A model generated the notes under the pieces. That model was not told the DNA's origin and did no database searches. It saw only the letters and a list, made by a program, of their open reading frames with translations. Source: Octopus vulgaris (taxonomy: Eukaryota). From it: a stretch of 64,000 nucleotides of DNA. How positions within the stretch are numbered: position 1 is the first letter of the stretch; every line of letters starts with the position of its first letter. This document shows positions 52,650 to 64,000 of the stretch, piece by piece. The stretch lies in the NCBI GenBank assembly GCA_951406725.2, contig OX597835.1, positions 1,488,001 to 1,552,000 of the forward strand, written 5' to 3'. A program made the translations under genes and the position numbers.

Positions 52650-52792
52650 GACTTATATGACATGTCGTAATAAACACTTATATGTCATAAGTATATATGA
52701 CATGTCATAATAAGTGTCATAAATATATGACAATATATAACATGTCATAATAAGTATCATAGACATATGGCGATATATGACAAGTTATAATA
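52650..52792. repeat. Degenerate minisatellite built on palindrome TATGACATGTCATA
   Basis: Several ATATGACATGTCATAATAAG-like units. Confidence 0.7.
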
Positions 52793-52843
52793 GAAACTTA
52801 ATATCACAAATCATATATCACAGGTATATAATAATAATATATA

Positions 52844-52922
<79 letters not shown>

Positions 52923-54136
52923 CAGCCCAGAGATAATAACCAGTCTGGGACCAGCATCACAGAGAGCGTCACCGAAGACCCTGGTACCACCACCATGATA
53001 ATGAACAAACCATACATACAGATAGGGTGATCAGGCCTGCAATGTAAGACACTTACCCAAGGTTCTATGCAGTGGAAATGAACCCGGAGCCATGTGGTTG
53101 GGAAGCAAGCTACTTACCACACAGCCACACCTGCACCTGTAGGTATGGATGGGTGTGATTTTACTTAGTTTGACATATCTTCTCAAGTACAGCAAATCAC
53201 AAGCCCTGGTCCACACACACACACATCATCATCATCATCCTCATCATTTAATGTCCATTTTTCCATGCTGGCATGGGTTGGACGGTTTGTCTGAAAACTG
53301 GTAAGCTAGGGAGCTCCACCATGTTCCAATCTGATTTGGCATGGTTTCCATGGCTGGATGCCCTTCCTAATGTCAACCACTCCAAGAACGTAGTGGGTGT
53401 TTTTTATAATCCACTGGCATGGGTGCCAATTATGAAACACTAGCACCAGCCACAACTACGATCTCACTTGGCTTAGCAGGTCTTCTCAAGCATCGTATAT
53501 TGCCAAAGGTCTCGGTCACTTGTCACTACCTCTGTGAGGCCCAAAGTTCAAAGGGTGCTTTTTACGTGCCACCAGCATGGATGCCAGCCCTGTACACTGG
53601 CATCAGCCACAACTACAATTTCATGAGACCTGATGGGTCTTCACAAGCATGGCATATCATCCAAAGTTCGAAGGGAGCTTTTTACATGCCAGTTACACAA
53701 CACTGGCAATATACATAAATACAAAAAGCTTCTTTCAGTTTCCATTTATCAAATCCACTCACAAGGCTTTGGTTTGCCTAAGGCTCTAATAGAAGACATT
53801 TTCCAAAGGTACCACACAGTGGGACTGAACCCAGAACCATGTGGCTGGGAAGCAAGCTTCTTTCCACACAGCCACTCCTGTGCCTATCTAAGAATTTTAA
53901 TTTGCATCCTTATGATTCGGAGTTCAATCCTTCTGTGCAGCCTTTTCTTTGACCAAACATCAACTATTCCCAAGCAACATGATATTTCCTCATAGCTAGA
54001 CATAGGTAGACACAGAAGATTAAAAATGAAGGACACCACTTGCTTGATGATGATGATGATGTCTGCTTGCAACTGTCATGTGATGTCAAGATAAGAAGAC
54101 ACAAATGCATGCACACACACACACACACACATGCAT

Positions 54137-54186
<50 letters not shown>

Positions 54187-54941
54187 ATACACATACACAC
54201 ACACACTCATATACAAACAGGCTTCTTTCCGTTTCCATCGACCAAATTCACTCTCAAGGCTTTGCTTGACTCAGTACTATGGCAGAAGACACTTGCCCAA
54301 AGTGTCACACAGTGGAATTGAACCTGGTACCATGTGGTTAAGTTCCACGGAGACGCTTTTGGGGTGTTTTTCTATTATAGCAACATGAATACCTTACAAA
54401 GTGTTCACATCACTAAAAGGGAGATAAATTACCATCTCAAAAAAACCCAAAAAAGCATTAATCCAATCATTTGATTAAGATAAAATATATACTTGATTAA
54501 TTACAAAAGTTGATGTAATAATTGACAATTATGACAGACACCAGTGAACGAATAAAAGAATATTCCAGGTTCTAGCAACTTTATATCTTTTATATTTTAT
54601 ACTTTACTTGTTTCAGTCCTCAGACTGTGGCCATGCTGGGGTACACCTTGAAGGATTTAATTGTACAAATTAACCCCAAGACTTATTTCTTTTAAGACTA
54701 ATACTTATTCTAACAGTCTTTTTTGATGAATCACTAAGTTATGTAGATGTAAACAAAATGCACACACACACATATTTGCAAGCTTCTTTCAGTTTCTGCC
54801 AACCAAATACACTCACATGGCTTTGGTTGGCTCAGGGCTACAGTAGAAGACACTTGTCCAAGGTTCCATGCAGGGGAACTAAACCCAATCTGTGTTTGGG
54901 AAGCAAACTTCTTACCCCACAGTCACACCTGTGCCTATATA

Positions 54942-55452
54942 CCGTAAATCCTCGAGTATAGTCCGCCCTTGAGTATAATATGCAGGGGATTTTTAAGGGG
55001 CTGTGCCTCTGAAAACCTAGACCTTATGTATAATATGCACCCCTTCTCTAACTTGAGTCAAGGAGGTCTATATACTGTCCTTGGTTTGTAAAACTGTATA
55101 CGGTAACGTCTTTTATTATTTTGGTATATATAACATAATGCAAACGTGTAGCTTTTTTGTGCATTTTGTTTGCAGAAAATAAAGAAATAACAGTAATAAC
55201 GTTTAATAAATGATGCTTACTGCAAGTTATGGATGATTCTTTTATGACTTCATTGCTTTCAGGCTTAGCTTAAGGTATTTTCACGCCCGACATCACAAAA
55301 TGCATCTGAATAAACATTGCCGGACAACAAATAGAGACTCGGACATTGCTTAGAAAATGATTTTCATTTTTAACCTTGTATATAGTACGCACTAGAGATT
55401 TTGACCTTTAAATTTTTGGAAAAAAATGTGGATTATACTTGAAGATTTACGG
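54942..55452. mobile_element. Tc1/mariner (pogo/Tigger-like) MITE with TA TSD
   Basis: TA|CCGTAAATCCTCGAGTATAGTCCGC ... GTGGATTATACTTGAAGATTTACGG|TA. Confidence 0.8.
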
Positions 55453-55485
55453 TATGTAAAATCATATGTAGAAGTTTATACTTAC

Positions 55486-55713
55486 TTGTAAGAACAGCAG
55501 TATGGCGTGCACCACATGCGACTTTGGCTACAACAATATCCTCTTCCTTGTCATCAGGTGGCAGCACTAAATATGGCAGAGCTTGAATTGTTACAGCATC
55601 GTTCTTTTCACTGCAATCGTCAGTAATTTTAAACTCATGATCCAAATTTTTCCTACACAGGATGCCAAGTTGTCCACATTCATTCCATCCCCACATGTAC
55701 AAATCTCCAAACT
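55486..55713 (-). CDS. RCCD1: RCCD1-like internal exon
   Basis: TTTGGCAG|AG to A|GTAAGT. EFGDLYMWGWNECGQLG...KVACGARHTAVLT is an RCC1 repeat. Phases match both neighbours. Confidence 0.9.
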
Positions 55714-55839
55714 CTGCCAAATACAAAAAAGAAAAATAAGAGTTGAAACAGATTATCATCCTTTTATGTATGCTTTCCAGGCTGGCATGGGTCGGATGGG
55801 TTGTCTAAGTTTGAGTCAGTTCATACTTGAAGTCACTTC

Positions 55840-56993
55840 TCTTCTAGATGGGTCAGGAAATGCATCCAGAAAAGCTAGACAGAAGAACTAAGAAGGAATT
55901 CAATATGAATGGAGGACTCCACCCAAAGGCAGGATTAGCAAGATTATACTTACCTAGAAAGGAGGGTGGAGGAGTGTTAATATCAGTAGAAGACTATGTG
56001 GAGTTAGCTAGAGTAGATATAGACTCAAGCGTAGGTAATAGGGAAAAAAGTTTATTAAAAGCAAGACATAGGGAAACCAAAAACCTAAACAAAGTTAAAA
56101 ACCAGAAAAAAAGAACAGAAATAATCTGATTGGCAGGAGAAGGCATTCCCAAAGATGATTGCAGCAAATAGTAGTAGTGAGACATGGTTATGGTTGCAGA
56201 AAGGAAGGAAAGAAAGGGAGACAGAAAGTTTGCTAGTAGCAGCACAAGATCAAGCATTAAAGACTAATTGGATAAAAGACAAGACAGGCAAAAACTAAGT
56301 AGATTCCCAATGTAGATTATGTAAGTCAAAAGAGGAAAGCATTACTCATATAGTAAATGAATATAGCATTCTGGCACAGAAACAATACAAGAAAAGACAT
56401 GCTAACCTAGTGGGAGTAATCCACTGGGAGTTATGTAGAAAGCTAGGATTTGAATGTACTGATAAATGGTATGAACATGAACCTAGTAAAGTATTAGAAA
56501 GAAAGAAATATAAGAATTTGTGGGACTTTAACGTTCAGACTGACAGAGCAATAGAAACTAGAAGGCCTGATTTGGTAACAGTAGATAAAGCGAATAGAAA
56601 ATGCCATTTAATTGACTTTACAGTCCCAAATGATGAAAACATTAATGTGAAAAGTATGGAGAAAATAGCAAAGTACCAGGACCCAGCCATTGAATTATAG
56701 AGGCTATGGGAAGTACAGGTAAAATGTATCCCAGTAGTTACAGGTACATTAGGAACTATCCCTAAAGATCTGAAGAGATGGATAGAGGAAACAGGCATAA
56801 AACCCAGTTTAATACAGCTCCAGAAAACAGTGTTATTAGGGACAGTTAAGATACTTAGGAGGGTTTTGGGCATCTAAGGTTACTTGTTGTAGCCCAATAG
56901 GAGGGTTCTTGGCATCTAAAGATGTTAGGGTTCTTTTCTTTTCCAACAGTCTAATCTGTTGAGTGTATATGAAAATAATAATAATAATAATAA
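55840..56993 (+). mobile_element. Dong/R4 LINE 3' part with restriction-like endonuclease and (TAA)n tail
   Basis: LHPKAGLARLYLPRKEGG, AAQDQAL, CRLC knuckle, IHWELC, KWYEHEP, LWDFNVQTD, RRPDLV, IDFTVP, EKIAKYQD, LQKTVLLGT; then a short 3' UTR and (AAT)n. Confidence 0.88.
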
Positions 56994-57130
56994 TTTTTCT
57001 ATAACAGGCACAAGGTCAACAGTTTTGAGGGGAGGGGGCATCAATTACATTGAGCCCAGTACTTGATTAGTACATATTTTATTGATACCAAAAGACTGAA
57101 AAACAAAGCTGACCACAGCAGATTTGAATA

Positions 57131-57164
<34 letters not shown>

Positions 57165-57669
57165 GTGTATTGTACAGAATGTTCATTGTACATCTCAACA
57201 AAGACTGAAGGCTGCAGCATCTTCAATAAGCTGACAAAAGAGGCAACGAAATACAACAATGCAACATCAACAGAAAATATGAGGTAAGTTGTGGAAGAGG
57301 GAGATGCAGGAAGACATGGGATGAAGTATTGTAGGTTGATCTCAAAACGCTGAACCTTACAAAGGAGATGAGAGAGGACCATGATGTGGGGTGCATTGCC
57401 TTATTTGGAAAGAGCTGCCCACCACAACAGAATTGAGATCCTAAAACCAAGGTTCCACATAAAATAGCACTGGTGCTGCTGCCAAATAAAAAGCACCCAG
57501 TACACTCTGTAAAGTGGCTGGAGTTGCGGTGGGCATCCAGCTGTAGAAACCAGGCCAAAACAGACTATGGAACCTGGTGTGGTTCCTGTCCTTGCCAGTT
57601 CCTGCCTAGCTGTCAAACCCATGCCAGCATGGAAAACGGACATTAACTTAGTGTTGAAGATGATGTTAC

Positions 57670-57794
57670 CTGACACTGCAGCTGAATGCCAATTTCCTGA
57701 AGCTATTAGTACCATTCTGACACCTTCCAATGCTTCAATAACTTTGGGTTGCCCACAGATGTCTTCTGTGGTGCCATCACCAGTTTGTCCTCGG
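57670..57794 (-). CDS. RCCD1: RCCD1-like internal exon
   Basis: TTTTGACAG|C to G|GTAAC. SRGQTGDGTTEDICGQPKVIEALEGVRMVLIASGNWHSAAVS aligns with the RCCD1 GQLG...EALQG...AAGGWHS repeat. Confidence 0.9.
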
Positions 57795-57870
57795 CTGTCA
57801 AAATAAGAATTAGAAATATTCTAACTTTCATGTAATAAATATGAGTACGTTAGACATAATTTTATTTTCT

Positions 57871-58207
57871 TTGTATTGACGAGTAATATTCATAGCTACT
57901 TTAACAACATTGCTGTCCATTCGAGTGGACTGTGATTTTTTTAACCCCAAGAGGATATCTCTAGCTATCATCACTAGTAGACGAGGTACCCAGGACTGAG
58001 GAGTAGCAAAAGTAGTCTGAAACCAGGACTGGTCTACTGGTCCTGTCACTAGGAGATAGTAGAAGTTCACTCCCTTGCTTGCCATTTTATCAGATGCAGC
58101 TGCACACCGTTAACCAAGATGTCCTCTTGGGGTTAAAAAACTGCAGCAGAGTCCATTCGAATGGACAGCCATGTTAAAGTGGCTACGAATATTACTTGTC
58201 AGTGCAA
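57871..58207. mobile_element. Fold-back MITE with inverted arms of about 90 bp
   Basis: TTGTATTGACGAGTAATATTCATAGCTACTTTAAC...TTAACCCCAAGAGGATATCT pairs with AGATGTCCTCTTGGGGTTAA...GTTAAAGTGGCTACGAATATTACTTGTCAGTGCAA. Confidence 0.8.
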
Positions 58208-58654
58208 CTACAGTATTGATCTCTTAGATTTTAGAACTGGCATTTTTGCTTATTTCTTTGAAATTGTTTTAGTTTAATGTTGAACCTGAGTATAACTGGA
58301 TGTGGAGACAGAATAGGAGAACTTTTCTAATATCAACCTGTCTGGGATTGCTTCTAATTCTATGATGAAAAAAAAAAACTATCCATTTTGCAGTGTTTGT
58401 ATTTAAATTAAAATCATAATTTCATACGAGAGTGTCTTCAAGATGTGTTTCAAACAGACCAGATTAGTAATAATAATAATAATAATAATAATCCTTTCTA
58501 CTGGAAGCACAAGGCCTCAAATTTGGGGATTAAGTTGATTACATCGACCTCAGTACGTAACTGGTACTAATTTATCGACCCCGAAAGGATGAAAGGCAAA
58601 GTTGGCTGCAGTGGAATTTAAACTCAGAACATAACGGCAGATAAAATACCGCTA

Positions 58655-59297
58655 AGTGACCAGGACCTCTGGAAATATGCTGTGCTTGAGAAGACTCGGC
58701 AAGTGCAAGTGAGACCATGTGGCCTATGCCAGGGGTGTAACCAGCCCACTTATACATACCTTTCCTTCATTGGACACTAAACTCTGCTTGTAAAGACCTG
58801 TTGAGGTAATCGAAATCGAAATCAAATGCAGTGACTGGCATCTGTTGCTAGTGGAGCGCTAAGAGTAGCACACATGTGAGATCGTTGCCAGAGCAACAAG
58901 CTGGACTCTGTGCTGATGGCATGTTAAAAACACCATTTGAGCATAATTGTTACCTGTGTCACCTTACTGGCACTTGTGCTGGTGGCACATAAAAAAAACA
59001 TTCGAGCGAGGTCGTTGCTAGTGCAGCTGGACTGGCTCCTGTGCAGGTGGCACATAAAAAACACCATTTGAGCGTGGCCGTTGCCAGTACCGCTAGACTG
59101 GCCCTCATGCCGGTGGCATGTAAAAACACTCACTGCACTCTCAGAGTGGTTGGCGTTAGGAAGGGCATCTAGCTGTAGAAACTCTGCCAGATCAGATTGG
59201 AGTCTAGAGCAGCCATCTGGTTCACCAGTCCTCTGTCAAATTGTCCAACCTATGCTAGCATGGAAGGCAGACGTTAAACAATGATGATGATGATGAT
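58655..59297 (+). mobile_element. RTE LINE 3' UTR with internal tandem units and (GAT)n tail
   Basis: Matches 39710-40276 and abuts a truncated SINE at 58490-58655. Confidence 0.8.
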
Positions 59298-59324
59298 ATC
59301 TATATATATATATATATATATATA

Positions 59325-59856
59325 TTATCAGGTCATCCCATAAGTTCTGTCTGAATTTTGAATAAAGAAAATAAGTGATCAAATGTTATATTTAATTGAA
59401 ATTTAATCATCAATGTACTTTCCCTGATTATCTATGACTTCCTTCCATCTATTTACAAGCTTTTTAATCCCATCAATGTGAAACTCTTTTGGTTTCCATA
59501 CGAAGAACTCTGAAATGTCAGTTTCGACCTCCTCCTGGCTTGCTAAAGTTATGCCCTTCAAATGATTCTGTAAACTATGAAACAAATGGTAGTCTGAAGG
59601 AGCAAGGTTGGAAGAATAAGGTGGATGAGGAATTTTTTCCCAACCAAGCTCTTTGATCTTCTGTGATGTGATCTTTGCAGTGTGGGGTCGTACATTGTCC
59701 TGATGAAACATCACTCCTTTTCAATTCACTAAAGCAGGTCTTTTTTTCTTTAAAGCTCGGTCCAAATGCTCTAATTGCTGACAGTAGACTTGAGCATTGA
59801 TTGTTGCATTAGGTGGTAACAATTCAAAGTGAATTACTCCATTGCAATCCCACCAT
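59325..59856 (-). mobile_element. Mariner transposon 3' half (DD34D transposase pseudogene plus TIR)
   Basis: VWWDCNGVIHFELL, HQDNVRPH and HPPYSSNLAPSDYHLF, with an in-frame stop at 59721-59723. Likely TIR TTATCAGGTCATCCCATAAG at the lower end. Confidence 0.9.
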
Positions 59857-59893
59857 ACATACATACATATATATATATACACACACATATATA

Positions 59894-59944
<51 letters not shown>

Positions 59945-60178
59945 CATCATCATCATCATCATCATCATCATCGTTTAACGTCCGTTTTCCGCGCTAGCAC
60001 GGGTTGGACGGTTTCGACCGGGGTCTGGGGAGCTCGGGACTGCCCCAGGCTCCAGTCTAGTCTGGCAGTGTTTCTACAGCTGGATGCCCTTCCTAACGCC
60101 AACCACTCCGCGAGTGTAGTGGGTGTTTTTTACGTGCCACCTGCACAGGTGCCAGAGGGGTCTGGCATCGGCCACGTT

Positions 60179-60220
<42 letters not shown>

Positions 60221-60253
60221 TATATATATATATACATACATATATATATATAT

Positions 60254-60294
<41 letters not shown>

Positions 60295-60421
60295 CATACA
60301 TATATAATATATATTTATATATGCAGATATACGTGTGTGTACTCTAAGTACAAACGATGTAATTAGCAGACCACATAGAACACAGTAAGAATGACAGGAA
60401 TGAACTATAGAATCAACAAAC

Positions 60422-60587
60422 CTTCCTGATCCATAGGAAAAAACAGAACCAAAGTCAGACAGCATTAATACGTGATCTACACCACAGGCCACAGATCTGA
60501 TGGCACACCCCAGTGACAGAGGTTTGCATATGTATTCTATAGATGACTGATGGTAAACCGGACTAATTTCAACCGGAACATTCTCTT
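60422..60587 (-). CDS. RCCD1: RCCD1-like internal exon
   Basis: TTTATTTTGCAG|AA to AG|GTTTGT. ...KPLSLGCAIRSVACGVDHVLMLSDFGSVFSYGSG is an RCC1 repeat. Phase 2 joins the 57794 exon. Confidence 0.88.
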
Positions 60588-60700
60588 CTGCAAAATAAAG
60601 AATAACCTTTCACTTTTAAAAAAACAACAGAGAAGGAGATGGTGAGGCACCTCAATAATAAAAATAATAATAATAATAATAATAATAAGAAGAAGAAGAA

Positions 60701-61061
60701 GGCATCTCTGATCACGAGCAGAAGTAGTGGGAGAGCATCATAGCCATGTGTTGAGAGGAATTCTTTGGGGTTTGGATAACTCACCACTGGAAACATGGGT
60801 GTTTCATTCAACATCCTTAAACAACCCTTATTCAGGGACCTTTTGAGTAGGATAGACTACTTAACCTGAAGAAAATTCTAACTGCATCCCACCTGCAAGG
60901 TCATATGTTGTTAATCTTGATATGAGATCACCATGTGGTGCACATAAGGTTGTAATGCATGTGCCTGGTGTACCCTTATCAGATGGGTAGTCATGGTGGG
61001 TATACTGGGCTTCGTATAGTTTACTCCAGTGTCACTTTGATGGTATGCACTGCTCTCTCAC
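60701..61061 (+). mobile_element. Non-coding (TAA)n-associated repeat, 5'-truncated copy
   Basis: Reverse complement of about 47375-47735, ending in GCACTGCTCTCTCAC plus (ATA)n. Confidence 0.8.
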
Positions 61062-61092
<31 letters not shown>

Positions 61093-61109
61093 TGATAACA
61101 ATAATAATC

Positions 61110-62440
61110 AACACTGGATAGAAGGACGAGAAAGTTGATGACGTTGCATGGGGCACGACACTAAAGCAAACGTAAACAGACTGTAAATGAAAAGAAAGCG
61201 GAGGGCTAATTAGTATAGAGGACTAATTAGTATAAGGACTAATTAGTATAGAGCATTGTATAAGGAGTGAAAGGAGAATGCTTGCTGAGTATTTGATAAA
61301 TAGTGATGAAGACCTGCTGGAATATGCCGTGATAGTTATGGGTGTAAATGCAGATGAAATGATGAGCAAGGAAAAGTTTAACCAAAGAGCTGAGGAGAAG
61401 AGAAAAGAAGAACTTCTTGAAATGAGAATGCATGAACAGTTTGAAAGAAATACACAAGATGTTAAGGTTATTACAACATCGTGGGTATGGCTTGAGCGAG
61501 GTGATTTGAGGCGTACCACCAAAAGCCTGATCATTGCTGCACAAGACCAGGCTCTCACTACCAATTCCGTGAAGTGACTTCTGACACCCAGAAAGGCAGA
61601 AATCTGTGGAAAGAGTGTGGAAATTATGACCCACTTGGTAGACGTGAAAGCCTTATACAAAAAGAATACAGGCGACGCCACGATAAAGTTTGTGTATCTT
61701 CATTGGTTCTTATGTCGTAAATACCAATATGAAGTAACAGAGAACTGGTATGAGCATGTACCAAGTAAAGGTATGCAGGAGGATGGAAAAGTAACGATAC
61801 TCTGGGACTATGATTTTCAGACAGATCGTTTAATCGAACACCGTTGGCCGGATATTGTCATATTGAATAAGAGAGATAAATACTGTCACATCATTGATGT
61901 AGCCATACCAAATGATGTGAATGTTGTGAGTAAAGAGGTTGAAAAAAATCACCAAGTACTCTGAGTTGAAAGTGGAAATGGCAAGACTGTATGGAATGCG
62001 AGAGGGTAATGTAAAAGTGATACCAGTGGTGATCAGAGTGTTGGGCTCATTCCCATTGAAACTTCAAGACATCTTAAGGTGACTGGAAATCCCATGCAAG
62101 ATTGATGTCTTGCAAAAAGCAGCCTTATTGGGTACAGCACACATCATAAGGAAAGTAGTATCTGTCTGAGGTCCTTGTTGCAACTTGACAGATGACCAAA
62201 GTCTCTGGTGCATTTTTACCTACACTGTATTACAAAGGAATAATAACGATGATGATGATGATAATAAGTGGGAAATACAAAGGTTGTGATCAATGAGGAG
62301 AGTAGATGTGATACCAATAGTAATTGGTGCACTTGGAAGTATCAGCACTCAACTACCAACATGGCTAAAAAAGATTGGTACAAGTGTAAAAATAGAAAAC
62401 CTACAAAAATCAGCATTGCTGGGAACTGCAAGAAATTTTC
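61110..62440 (+). mobile_element. Dong/R4 LINE fragments (one long, one short 3' piece)
   Basis: MHEQF, SWVWLERGDL, IIAAQDQALTTN, LHWFLC, WYEHVP, ILWDYDFQTD, RWPDIV, IIDVAIPND; a second piece has VIPIVIGALG...LQKSALLGTAR. Confidence 0.85.
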
Positions 62441-62467
62441 ACAATAGCATCATACCCAGCAAAATAA

Positions 62468-63520
62468 TCTTCTATACTATAAGAGCCACACCTGTCCGTC
62501 CGTCCAAAGCCATCAGCAATTAGATCATAGCTTCCCAAAGTGGGCAATATCGCCCACCAGTGGGTGATTTCAACTTACAGGTGGGTGATGGGCGAATTTG
62601 TAGAAAATGGTGGGAGATTTGAGATTTTGGTGGGTGATATGAACATTTTGTGGGTGACAATGAATTTTTAGAAATTAAGTGCTTTTACTGATATCTAGGT
62701 ATGCCTAGAATAAGGATGCACTTTTATCGATTTGACTACTCACACGAGACGTCGCTTTGTATTTAAAAAAAGCAGACTTGCTAATCGATTGAACATTTTT
62801 GTCACCGTCATTGAGATGGTTGTCATGTGTGCTGAAAATAGCAGCCAAGTAGGCCTAAGCTTTAAATCACACTCCACCACAAATTTTTTTAGTGTTTGGC
62901 ACAATCATATGAAGTCCTGCGTATAGAATTCAAATTTGCAAAAATTTTCTGTAAACTCCGAAAAATAAAAAGTTATGAGGAGTTATATATTGTGCATAAT
63001 TCTGTGACTTCATATCAAAAGCACAAGAGCCTCATGGAAATGTGTTGCCATCACTGCAATGCTTTGGTGTTTATTGGAGAGTGTAGAGGAGGAACAATGA
63101 ACAATCCCAGTTTTGGTATTTGCTGTAAATCAGGAATGATAAAAACTGAAAATATCCCTGAGTTACCGAACAAACTTGCTGATCTCTTTCTTTCTGATAC
63201 TCCCAAAGCAAAATATTTCAAATGTAATATTCGAAGGTTCAACAACATAATGGTAATGTGTTCTATGAAAGCAGATGACACTTCAATACTGAGAGGAATT
63301 ACAAATTACAGAATACATAGAATTCTTTATAGATTTATTGGAGTTCCTAGAAATAGGAACAGTCTTGTCTAGCTTACAAATGTATTTCTATGATCATGAA
63401 GAACAAATAAGAAGACGAACGGAAAGAATGCCTCTTAATACAAAGCAAAAATTCATTCTGCTACGAGATCTGCTGGAAATACTGACAATCTTTTCTATCT
63501 GTGGAGAATAATAAGTGAAC
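62468..63520 (+). mobile_element. Helitron 5' part with degraded Rep/Hel N-terminus
   Basis: A|TCTTCTATACTATAAGAG 5' end followed by (GTCC)n. ORF CHHCNAL...FGICCKSG...FKCNIRRFN...YRIH..LYRFIG, then frameshifted QMYFYD, typical of the Helitron N-terminal region. Confidence 0.8.
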
Positions 63521-63591
63521 TTGGTTCAATAAAGCAACATAGTCTAGAAACAAAATATGGTATATTTTTAGAAAGACTATTTGGCACATAC

Positions 63592-63828
63592 CACTGATTG
63601 CAACACAATTCATTTCTTTACTATGGATTTGCTTAGGTTTGAAGATTTCCACACCTTTCAATGAAACGTGCATAAAGCGGCCATGCCGCCATTCTTGGAG
63701 AGTTGAATTGGAGTCCATCATGATGAGATGTGATGACAACACAGAAATGGTTGTGGCTTGTAAAGTGGGCTTAACACTGGAATCAAGCTTATCAGGACTG
63801 AAGCCACATGTGATCAATCGGTGCTGGT
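63592..63828 (-). CDS. RCCD1: Probable upstream RCCD1-like exon (gene start outside window)
   Basis: CCTATATTTCTAG|AC to G|GTATGT, open frame QHRLITCGFSPDK...NCVAIS. The phase 1 donor joins the 60587 exon in frame. The sequence is less diagnostic than the other exons. Confidence 0.7.
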
Positions 63829-64000
63829 CTAGAAATATAGGAATATATCTTCATTTAGTAGGGACCAAAATGGCCAGTTAACCAATTTGTTACCATAATT
63901 CTGTTGATATACACAGCTTTTATGTGAATTAATTTTGAAAATAAAGAATTAGTAAAATAACTGATTATTAAGCTGGTATTTGAAAAATAAATTAACCTGT

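Overview
AT-rich, microsatellite- and transposon-dense eukaryotic DNA. The SINE, RTE and Dong repeat families resemble those of Octopus (coleoid cephalopod); this is inferred from recognition, not from a search. Most ORFs in the supplied track are microsatellite or repeat noise. Two spliced genes could be built by hand. (1) A two-exon PWWP2A/B-like chromatin reader on + (CDS 26293-26444 + 27102-29385, 811 aa) with an unusual array of 13 twelve-residue RYNQPPPSPKxx repeats. (2) Five phase-consistent coding exons of an RCCD1-like gene on - (63592-63828, 60422-60587, 57670-57794, 55486-55713, 52402-52598), whose start lies beyond the window. A third gene probably starts on - at 4678, with first coding exon MPKRKPS followed by GTAAGT in a GC-rich promoter region. 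The rest is decayed mobile DNA: tRNA-derived SINEs, RTE and Dong/R4 LINE pieces, a Gypsy gag remnant, mariner, Helitron ends, MITEs and Penelope-like repeats with a putative variant hammerhead ribozyme. The best leads are the PWWP2 phospho-motif array, the hammerhead-bearing repeat, the unidentified MPKRKPS gene, fold-back elements in and near the RCCD1 transcript, and a (TAA)n-targeting non-coding retroelement. I see no convincing evidence of a wholly new multi-gene system.
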